Positions 37,001 to 49,000 of a stretch of DNA of 64,000 nt are shown one piece after another. The stretch's first letter is position 1; each line of letters begins with the position of its first letter. The stretch is taken from contig CM082598.2 in NCBI GenBank assembly GCA_040954595.2, forward strand, positions 9,935,097 to 9,999,096, given 5' to 3'. The translations under genes and the position numbers were made by a program. The notes beneath the pieces were generated by a model. The model ran no database searches. It worked only from the letters and a program-made list of their open reading frames with translations, and had not been told where the DNA came from. This DNA is from Balanoglossus misakiensis (taxonomy: Eukaryota > Animalia > Hemichordata).

Positions 37001-40000
37001 CATAAGTGTACCAAGTTTCATGCTTTTAACCCAAAGTGCACAATTATGCCAAAATTTGGGGTTTAGCTCCTGCACTACTAGGGTTTCCTGCCGTCGTCAA
37101 CCATGAAAAACCAAGATGGCGGCCATAGCGCACACGTGAAAATCCACCCAGTTTGTTTACAAATTGTTTTCGTGAAATCTGTTTTATTGTTCACACACTG
37201 CGAAATAAAATGCCCCTAAACCACAATTTTTGTTTCATTGTTTCACGCAAACATAAAATTATTACGAAAAGTGTCAGCATTACCGAGAAGTATGAGTGCC
37301 CAGTCGGACATGCAAAAAACATGGATGATTTGTTTACAATTTTTCAATGAAGCTTGTGGCACTAGAAATGACCGTTCAACCGACAGATGAACACCAAACC
37401 ATAATAAATAGCACAGACAACGTAATACTTTTTGAATTTTAGAAAAAAAACGCAGTGGCTGCTGAAATATAGGAGTGCCAGTTTTGGTTACTGTCGCGCA
37501 TCACAGAGTTGCGTTTATTTTTTGGTGATATGTTAATGATATGCTAATGACACCGACACGTGCCAAAGTGGAGAGTCACTCATGCCACCATCGTAGGTGT
37601 TAATTATATGCAAAAGAACATAGTCATACCGATAATCCCCAAATCCTTTGATCTTTGCCGCAGTTGCGCGTCCTTCTTTCTCTAGGGTCTATGGCGTCAC
37701 TTGAATAAATCACTAGGCACTTTGGGGCATAATCAGTGACTGCATGAACAGTATAAATGTGACTATATTCCAGGTATGTAAGAGGTCAAAACTTGGTAGT
37801 CTGCACCAGGTTCTGCGCCAGGCGCATTTTCATAAAGGGAACTCTGCGCCATGTGTTTGCACCATGCATTCTGCGCCACCCTTTGCGCCAAGCACTCTGC
37901 GCCACCCTATTAACGTACGTTCATGTGTAGGATGGACGGCAGCAACGCGGCCTCCCAGTGGAGCCTGGGTCGCATTCGCTTTCGCCTCGAGTCCTAGGGG
38001 ACCATTGACGGATGATCGATACAAATAAAGCACGAGAAGATGATAACGAGCACTGGTCGCCTAACTTTTTATTTATTATTATTATTATTAAGAATTGTTT
38101 AAAATGCGCTACACATACGTCTCAGCGCATTGTACATACCGGTAGCTAAAAGAGTAGATTAAAAATACAAGGCTGGTAAAAATAAATAAAAGGACACAAT
38201 CACACGAACACATTACACATAAAACTGAGTAAAAAGGTATGTTTTCAAATTACGCTTAAAAATGTTGACACTTCTGGCGGTTTCGATATCAAGGGGTAAA
38301 TTGTTCCATAAAATGGGTGCACAAACTGAAAAATTTGCAGGTAACTTTGGTTCCGACGTGATGAAACCTGGCAAATCCGACCTCTGAATAAACCAACCTC
38401 CTGTCAAAACCGACCGACTACAATGGGACATCAGTTATTAGAAGCTGTAAATACGTTTTCAAAGCTGGCGGTTTTGCCATGTTGAATGTATCATTTTTCT
38501 TTCGTCGGATTTCTCAATGCAAAATAATTATTAACTTGTTATTTGGAAAGAGAACGTAGACAATTTTATTCAGAATGTGGATGTGCCCATCGTAATTGAA
38601 GCTGCCAACCCCTTAGAATGATACTACGGCCTACACGTTGATCATGTCACCTGATCCCATCGCCCTGTCTCACTGCTGTGATCTCAGGACGTCCGGTTCA
38701 AATTTCTGGCCGTGAAATTGTTTTTCTCGGCGCATTTTCGCAAATCGTACTGTTTTATAGGTAGGCATGTACGATAAAGGGGTTATTACACAAATTTTGG
38801 TCAATAACGCGACGCATTCTCGTGATGACATCACGTAAACTGATCATTGCCACTTCGAACACCGACAGCGTTGGTCGGTCCCACCCCTCAAATTCAACCG
38901 TAATAGACGATCACTTTATTGAAAAGGTCTTTGATCAAAAATTGCCGCTACGATGTGCTCATTTTGGTTCGGTCTGTCAACACGTTGTTAGCAATTTACT
39001 GATAAGCCACCCCTTGGCGAGGTGTGAATCTCTTCGTAAACAATACAACCAACAGTGAGGCCACGTAGTGTTGACAAAGGCGGCGATTTATTAATCTTAT
39101 CGGTGAGTATTAATTATGACAGTAAAACATGAGTGACAACACTGAAAACGGCGACCCAGATGGCGACTCGCTATCTCACCGAAATCCAGAATTTGAAATC
39201 GATGGCCGAACGTCATTGTGCAGAAGCGATGTTCCCTAAAACAATCATCTCTCTGAAGAAATAATAGACTGAACGTTGTTTACCAACTGTTCCTGTTAAC
39301 CCATTCAGCCCGCGAACGAACTTGAATTTCCTTTTTTTTCTCAACAATTTTCAGAAATTACACACTGTACAAAAGTTATTTTTAATTACCTTTCATTTGA
39401 AATAAACATGTAATGTACAAACGTGTATATCGTGCGTGTGTCTACTGGGACGCCGCGTTGTTGCCGTCCATCCTACACATGCACGTACGTGAATAGGGTG
39501 CTTGGCGCAAAGGGTGGCGCAGAATGCATGGTGCAAACACATGGCGCTGAGTTCCCTTTTATGAAAATGCGCCTGGCGCAGAACCTGGTGCAGACTACAG
39601 AGTTTTGACCTCTTACATACCTCACTATATTGATAAAACTGACCGTTCTTCCTCCCTTGAGGGGGAAAACTTTTTTTTTTAAATTTACGTCACCGCACCA
39701 TTTTTGTATGTATACATATATATATACCATGGGACCTTATGAATAAGTTACGTCTGTTTGTATGGATGAATTGATGTATGGACAGTCGAACCCCTGTTAG
39801 TGGCCACCCCTATATAGCGGTCACCTCTATATAGTGGCCACTTTGTTACAGTCCCTGTGCAATTCACATGTATGTTAATTAACCTCTATATAAAGGCCAG
39901 TTTAGGAAAGTCCATTGACTGGCCACTATAGAGAGGTTTGACTGTATGTCCAGTCAGATCGCACGTTACCGTTAAAGTCATATTTGTAAAAAATTTTTTT

Positions 40001-43000
40001 ACCAATGTTGCAATTTTTTTATTGCTAAAATGTCCGTGAAATCTGGGTGCATTTAATAATATGGCCTTATGCCAAGTTTCAAAACAAACTTTTTCTGTTC
40101 TCAGGAGAAGACATCGCCAAAAATCAGGTCATAAAGAAAGCACTTCCCAGTATACAATCATACACTTCTACTCCTGCTGAATGACTCGTGTTCTTTCATT
40201 TTGCTCGAATGTCTAAAGCCTTTTCCTCAAATAGTTCAAAAATCGTTTTATTCATACAAAGTTTGAGTTTTTATATCTTTAAGTGTCATGTCTTGTACGT
40301 ATATTCACCCTGTAATGTAATCTGAGACTTAGCGTCTACTTCCACATAACCAATGTTGCAAATTACATTACATGCCCATTGATAAAATCAGGCGCACTGT
40401 CGGGTCACCTTCTGGGTCAACACTACTGAAGCCATGTGTCAATGGGTGACACGGCATCAAATGTCAAAGTGACAGCCATTGAAAAACTTCAACAAATCAG
40501 AGTAAATGATGTTAGAGGATAATTAATGAGAGGTTAACTACATGTCAAAGTGTATTGATATGTTAATTTCATGCATGTTTCATGGACATTGCATTGACCC
40601 GTAGACAGTAGAGGGGGAAGAAAAATAATCTCACACACCAAGAAACTTGGATGATATTTCTCACACTCGTCAGGGTGTGAGAAATATGGACCCAGGTCCT
40701 TGAAGGGTGTGAAAATCTATTATTCTGTGATAAAGCTGGCAAAAACCAGATCAGCTAACAATGATGTTGCTGGACTCAGGGGCTAATGGGTCGTAGACAT
40801 CGGGTCACTGATGACAAATTAATGTATTTGCGGGACCTTTTTGTGTTGGTACGCAACATTGTATAGTCTGTACTCAATTTTCCACCGCTTATGCACACAG
40901 TATATGCAACTAGAGAAAAACTAACGGAAGCAGTGCAATTTATACAAATTATAATTTACCCATGGATGGCCAAGCGGGATGTTATTATAATGAACACATT
41001 TCAGCAAAAACCTTTAGTCAGGCTCACCTTTACATTATTCTGTCTTGAAAACTGACGGGAACCTAGAAGACATCATGTCACATGACCAAAATGCTGCAAA
41101 TATGAACTTACTAGATTTTTTTGGTGGAGTGGATATGAAAGAAACCCAAAATATATTCTGGTTTAGAAATTATTGTAATTGTTTCAAACAATACAGACTT
41201 TTAGAATGTTTAAACTGTACTCCATTGTTTTACCATCCAGAAGATATTATTTGTTGGCTAATCCTTAACATTTTTATCTGTATTTAGCTGTGTCTTTCTT
41301 CTTATTTTGCTTGCAGGATGTAAAGCATAAATTTATTGTTGCAGTACTGATGGAGTATATTCGATCACTTAACCAATATCAAATCCCAGTTCAGGTAAGA
41401 GCAGAATAAAATTATCCATTTATTTGTCTTTTAGGCTGAGAAAGATTGAAAGCTGATTTGATGATTTCACATATAGTTTTTAGAACAAAAAACATGTCAG
41501 TTGAGCAAATTGTGTTTTCTCTCAGTGTTGTGCTGCAGGGTTGGTGATAATAATTCTGAGTGGCGGTTACATCAAAATGTAGGTGGTGTTGGAAGATGTT
41601 TGGCAGCAAGAACATGAATTATTTTGGTCCATTAAGTTGACCAATCTTCCCCTCTGTTGTCCTAAAGTCCAATAATTACATGTTTCAATTAGATAATCCC
41701 AAAATTTGAAATGAGCTCAGTACTTAGTATTAAGTACCTTTAGTATAGTTATCACTTGCATAGATCCAGTTATCCCTTTAGTGTGACGTCACACTATAGG
41801 TGTATGACCTCGGCGAAACCATAGCCCACATGTGAAGAATATGGATGCCCAGACTATTTTTTTTATGTAAAACAAAAAAAAATCGCCTGTTCACGATCTG
41901 AAATATGCCTGAAACCCAAAAGTGAGAGGGTTATGAAGCACAGGGAAATATGGGGTAATAAAGCTCATGTCTAAAATGTAAAATATTAAGCATGACAAAT
42001 TGCAAGTTGTGTCACGATCAACATGGTTTGCGTGTTGAGCAGCACAACACCGGCAGACGGCAGCCTACAGTCAGTCAACAGGTCGAGCCGAGGAGCAGGC
42101 GAGCGACGACTATTTATTATTTCAGACAGTAGCGACGGTACTTCTAAGGACATGAACATAGGAGGAGTAAAACCAATTTATTCTCGACATTTCCCAGGAT
42201 TTTTAGTAAATTTTACATTGATTCGCCACAAACTCTCGTTGATTTCAACATTTCAGCTACGTGACGTGTTATATTTTCGGTTTCAACGCCACGATTTCTT
42301 TGCGTTTCTTGGATAAAAGTTTGTGTTTAGACTTTAAACTGTCATGTCTTCAATATAAATGTTTAACAATGACTTTATTGCTAAAAGTACTTCGCAAATT
42401 TAAAATTGATATGCTACTTGCAATTTCTATTTGAAAAGTCAGTGTTGTAAAATGTCTGGCGTTGTGAACAATGAGGCCTTGTTGTCAATCCAAGTAATGT
42501 TCACGTAGTTTTCTGAATTTGTCGTGTTATCAGTGTTTTCATCCATATTTAGCTACCAAAAATATCTTCTGTTGAAGTGATGCCTCTTTGCTCGTGTATT
42601 TCGTATGATTTCACTCAGAAATAGCACAATAAACTTAAGGTGGTTGGAAAGGCTAAACCACTGAATTTATATCTAGAAATGTATTTGAGAACAATTAAAA
42701 CGATGAAAAAATCTGGGCAATAAACGTGTAACAAGATATGGCTGGTTTTATAATAGCTAATTTCATACACCTGGCAAGGAAGCTAAGGAGTCTTATTATC
42801 GACAGCATATAATCAAGGTTGTTTGAAAAATCTGTAAATTCTCCACTGCCACTCGATAGAACATCTTTTTTCTCTAACGGTGTGAGCTCGACTCGTGCTT
42901 GGCAATGGATTGACTGCGTTACGCATGTTACGTGCGTACGATTGACTGCCGTGTTCGACCGGTCCATGTTCAGATTCTTCCCCTGTCCTGCTCGGACTAG

Positions 43001-46000
43001 TAGTCTCTCTTGGCCCTGGCTACTTGAACGTTTGACACGTTTTGCTGCAAGTCCACTTTCTGACTTAAACATTGAAGCTTTCGCTTCAATTTTTACCCGC
43101 TCGTGTCACGCTCACCCAACAGGCAAACGCACATACTCAGCCAGCGATGTAGGACTCCCACAGCGACTTGTTGCTATACAAGACGCTACGCATGCGCACA
43201 AGGACGGGTTCCCCTAGCCAAGGACATTTAAATGTAACTTGCAAACACTGATTCTTGCGATATTCAGCGATAGATAGCCTTGCTTGTACATTAGAGGCTG
43301 CCAAATTATGGACATTTTTACACTTCTAGGGAACCCCAAAGGCCAGCGGAAAGGCGTTTGACCGGGATAAATGCGATCCTTCGCCGTGAACTGCCACTAA
43401 ACTTTGCGCATTTCGCTACTTTTCTACCCTTCGCCATAATGTTATGGTTTTTATTTGTGATTGAATTGGTATGCCAGATAATTTTTTTATTATGAAACTT
43501 TCAGGAAAGGCTCGGGACATCCAAAAGAACAATTTTACAGAGCGGTTTTTGCATAAATTTTCCCGTTGTGTTTTAGCAGCACGTTCAAGTTGTATACAAA
43601 CTATCAACAAAAACTGTTTTTTCCTGAGTGATAACTTTGAAAAAAATAAGTTTATGCTGAAAACGTCCTGTACGTTGCTTGAGGGGTTGCTTAATATTAA
43701 AATGAATACAAGTTATTCAATAATTTGTTAAAACATGTCAAGATTCAATCAATATTTTGTAAAATTATGAATATTTATATTTAGGCCTATCAAATTTCAT
43801 AATTTTAGCAGATATTTTTACAGTCCTATTTTTCCCTCACTTTTTAGTTTGTTAAGAAAACATGCTGCAAATTTCAAGTCATTATCTTTATTCTAACTTG
43901 TGAAAATAAATTCACAAACATTGAGGGCCGTTATCACTAACAGCTGATTGTGGTTTTTAATGTTCGTTGTTTGTGACCCCTACTGCATAACGTGATCTGC
44001 TGAGCCTTTAAAATAGTGCTATCTTTTTTTGCTGAAATGTTTTAAATTCACAATTATTAAACTTTAATGGAAACTGGGTCTATGCATGTGCTAAACATAT
44101 AATTCCCCCATATTCCTAACTCGTGTGTCTGTGTCGCGAACTCATAAATTCCTGTATAGCTGTATCTGTCCGAGCCGTAGGTGAGGAGGGATATGGGGAA
44201 TCACCTGTCCATGACGCAAGCACATTCGTACGAAATATGGGGGAATTATATATATTTATACCACTCTTTGCTCATGCCCATTGTTCAGACAACGCTTCTT
44301 TTTAGGTCCCATTTGATGTGTGTACATACCATGTGACCTTAAGAAATCAGTTGCGTCTGTCAGTCTGTCTGTCTGTATGTATGTATGTATGTATGTATGT
44401 ATGTATGTATGTATGTATGTATGTATGTATGCATGCATGCATGCATGCATGGATAGATGACTGTATGAAAACTGCTGCTTGTAGCACCTTGTTTTTTGGA
44501 TATACTGAAAACATAGCAAAAAGTTATAGCTAATGGAGCTTTTGACTTTCGTTTTGATAAAAGTGTTTTTTGTGTGTTTCTAATTGCAAATTTCTTTTTC
44601 ATTTATTTCAGCACTATTTGTATGAATTGGTAATCAACACTTTGGTACAGAATAATTTCTTTTATCAACTGCATCAGTTTTTGCAGTACCATGTACTGAG
44701 TGATTCCAAACCTCTGGCTTGTCTTATGTTGTCATTAGAAAGTGTATATGCTCCCGCTCATCAATTGGCACTAGATATGCTTAAGGTAATATTCTTATGA
44801 TTATAATACTATTATGGGACAATTTTTCCTTACACTCTCGCGTCTCTCAGTGACCTGGTGTGTTAAAGCCGCAATAGCTGCCACGTTTTGCATTGTTTTC
44901 ATGATTTTGTTTTCGAACTTAGAATGGTCCATTTAACTGAACTAAGTGAAGGGTATACACCAACATATCATCAACTTTCATTGCGGCTGTACGGTTATCA
45001 TTTAAGCGTCCCGAAACACTGATAAGAACTCCAATATAATTAGCCAGAGCAGGGTTCTCCACGGGGGTTTTTTGAGGGGCGGCCCGCCCCTCTGTTTTTT
45101 GCGGCCGCCCCTCTGTCGTATGTGCCGCCCCTGCATTTGACAACACCGCCCCTTTGTTTTACCCAGTAGAAAAAAAAGCTCGCGCGTTGTGGTTTATAGT
45201 GTTACTAGTGTCTTTTGGGGGTGGACGTGAACAAAATGGTCATTCACACTTTGTCATGCACCATAGTGACACTTAGCATGGCAAATGGAAACCGTTTCAC
45301 ACATTCGGATCAATTTCAAAGTACCGGCCCAGAGAAAAACGATCGTGTTATCGACGTGACCTTTGACAGTATGCGTCCTTCCTTCACTTTGTAAACCCGG
45401 AAGACAGCAAATTTTTCACTGGACATTTTCATGACAGCGACTTCAACAATGATTACGATTTTTGGGGGTTTCATTGACTACAATTTTATACCGATCAAGG
45501 CCATTCATTAGTAATCCCGACCGTGACAACGACTTTGGAGCCGATGTCGAGAGCGGGTGGTCGCGCGCGCGATCGGGGACCCAGCCAACTGCATTGAGCT
45601 GTGGACGCGATGTACGCGCACGGTCGCGGTCAGTCGAACGCGCGCGACCGTGTTTTCGACAGTGTGTCTACATACTTATATTTATACCTTTGTATCTTAA
45701 AATGTCACTCCTTTGACTTTTGTTTGAAATTCTGTGAAGTTAGAGCAAAATATTTTGGGACATCGAGATTTCGTTGTTACTTGCAAAAAGTCCTGGGCTG
45801 GGGGGTCGTGTACCTTAGAATTTTAAAGCACTGGCGTATGGTCACTCTGGTGCATTCCACAAATACAAAGAAACATTATGTTAATTTTATGCAAATGATA
45901 TGCTAATATTATGTAAATTATCCGCCCCTCTTAATTTTCAAAGCGTGGAGAACCCTGCAGAGTAAACTGAGATTGCTACGCTGAAGTCGGCATCTGGTTA

Positions 46001-49000
46001 CGTTCGTTTTGATCATTAGAACTGATTAGAGCAGTTCTGTATCAACACACTCTGGGGGGTGTCCTGCTTCGAACATGTCTAAAACACATGTGTACACATT
46101 TGTAAAGAGATTTTACACAGTGTCAGTTTTGAAGCAGGATGCCCCCTGTGGTACATGTTGATACAGAGCTATGTAATCAGTTATAATGATCATTGCAAAT
46201 GTAACCATATGCCGACTTCAGCATAAAAATCTCAGTTTACTCTGGCTAATTATATTGGAGTTCTTATCAGTGTTTCGGGAGCTTAAATGATAACTGTAGT
46301 ATATATGAACAAGTCGGATAATAAATGGGTGCTGCTCTCGTTTATTAAATCGCCCATTTAAAGGCACATGAGCTGCAACTTTTGGGATCATGATCATAAT
46401 TTTTTTCAAACTTTAGTACCATTAGTCCATGAAGATTTATATTATAAACTCTAAGTATGAGTGCATTTGCAAGTTTTAACAAGATAAATAATAAAGCTTT
46501 GCCGCAAAGGAATATGGCCGCCACCGGTGGAAGATGCAAAATTCAATGAAATTGTCACATTTCCCACTATGAAACTTCACAAAAAAGCATAATCTCATCC
46601 ACTGGAACTAATGGAAGTAGGTGTACTCCAATGTGACATTACATGCAATATTTTACTTTTTAGGTTCCATTTGGTATGTACCATGGGACCTTATGGAATC
46701 GGTTGCATTTGTATGTATGGATGTATGTCTGTATTTCTGTCCACATCAAAAACTTGAAAACCGCTGCGTGCATCGCCTCGATATTTGGTGTGTAGATGCA
46801 TTACGGGCTGTAGATGGGAGTTTGTTCAAATGAAGTTGTCATTGCCAAAAAAATGCAAATTAGCTGGAAAAATGTGTAATTGGTCAAAACTCAGGAACTC
46901 AACAACCCTTGGTCAGATTGATTTGAAAATTGGTATACATGTACCTTATGTCAACCTCATACAGTCCTGTGTGTTTTGAGCTAATTTTATGAATTTTCTA
47001 TTTTTAGCTCTGCTGTCACTTGTGTCAGCCGAGCTGTGGCAGTAGGTTGATAAGTGTCCGTCCGTCCGTCGTCCGTCAACTTTTGGTATTTCAATCTTCT
47101 TCTTTAAAACAACTTGGCATATTTAGCTGAAATTTGGTTGGAATGTGTGTTATGGTGCCCCTACCTGATTTTATTAATTTGGATTTGATGGGGTCGTGAA
47201 TATGCAAATTAGATCTAAAAATAGAATTTTTAGCAAAAATCTTCTTCTCCATAACTACATGTACAATGGAGCTGAAATTTGTTAGGAATGTTTGTTATGG
47301 TGCCCCTACCTGATTTTGTTAATTTGGATTTGATGGGGTCATGGATATGCAAATTAGATCTAAAAATAGAATTTTTGGCAAAAATCTTTTTCTCCCTAAC
47401 TACTTGTACGATGGAGCTGAAATTTGGTAGGAATGTGTGTTATGGTGCCCCTACCTGATTTTTTTTATTTGGATATGATGGGGTCATAAATATGCAAATT
47501 AGATCTAAAAATAGAATGTTTGGTAAAAAAAATTCTTCTCACTAACTACATGTACGATGGAGCTTAACATTCAATGTAATGCGGCAGCGGACTTTGACCC
47601 TCAGTTGCTAATGTTGTAGGAGTCACATGTACTGGATAGTAGTTCAGGAAATAGGCCGAAATACGTAAGCAGACCAGTGATTTTCTTCCACGAAGGGAGT
47701 ATGGTACCAGCAATAATCAGAGATCAGGCTTCGTTGCCGTTCAAAAGTTCCTACTTCAGTCGTGACGTTGCAACTGGACGTTCAGTATGGGGGTAGGCCC
47801 GCAGGTGGCCGTGGGGGTTATCAGGTCGCCCGTAATGGCACGCAGCTTCATGCAGCTGTATGGGACCAAAATAATACGCCCGATTCGGGGGTCACCTGTG
47901 ACACCTGCGTAACTCAATTATGTGCATGCGTAATTGTGGGGTCAATGAAAGGGATGCTAGCATGGTATTTGTTGCACATGGATCAATATGAAGTCCAATT
48001 TTCCTGTCAAGTTGTGGGCGACCTTATGTGACATTTCACCTACTTTTGCTTTGTGAATAACAGCAGATGCATGCAGCTTTGGCGTGGGGGGGGGGATATA
48101 CGGATGGGACCATAAGGGTATACCAAAGGCGGGGTCACCTGTTGCACCTGCCTAATTCATTATTGATTTTGTACATTTAATTTTACACTAACCAGCAGGG
48201 CGATATGTGTGGTTTTTGTTCCACTGAGACGAATGTAAGTGTCAGTTGGTTTTTGCCCAAACGTATAAGGTGATTTGAATGACCTTGTCGAACAGTGCCA
48301 TATCTCAGCACGTTGTACAGGTGCAGCTTTGGTATTTGGAGGGATGAAATTATCATGAAATGCCAAATACAGGGGACACCTGCTTGATTCATGTATTACG
48401 TGCATACCTAATCATGGTAGGCAAAGTGAAAGGGCTGCAAATGTAGGATTTGTTGCACAAGACATAAACAGGAATGAAATTTTTCTGTCAAATTTTTGAA
48501 TGACCTCAGGTGTCCATTGACCTGCTTTCCATATGTTAGCATGCACATCATATATAGCCACGTGTTTGGAGGGGTAGGGTAGGACCCTCTGCGTCATGAA
48601 ATGCTAAATTCCTGGGGCCACCTGTAACTTACTTGCGTAACTCATTATTATGGCCATATCTAATTTGACAAACCCAGAGGGCGAGGATTTTCCGTTGTCT
48701 TGAATATGAACCAAATAAGAATCCTAATTTTTTGGCCCAATTTTGGGTACCCTCAGCTGACCTTTGAAGTACTTACTGAAGTACTTACAATGTAGAAGTT
48801 CACCTTCGGTTGTTGTGTTTGTACTTGTAGGACATGCATTTCGGGTGGTTGCCTACTTCCCCATATCTCAACATCGAGAGCAAATACATACGGCCTACGC
48901 ATTTGAATGGTACAACCCTGAATGGAGTCTAATGGTTATTCACTCTATGCTTGGGCCCCTTCAACGCTGCTTGCAGCTTTAATTCAATTCTGATATCAGA

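Larger units (their letters stand above)
35586..37693. mobile_element. P-element-like non-autonomous element (7-bp TSD GCGTCAC), inside a Zator-like copy starting at 35546
   Basis: TIR CATAGACCCTAGAGAAAGAAGGACGCGCAACT at both ends; truncated inverted sister at 49024-49696. Confidence 0.85.

Noticed and set aside
44256-44602. ORFs rich in HTYI/CMYV repeats (also near 3572-3826 and 55939-56121)
   Set aside because: Translations of (TATG)n microsatellites.
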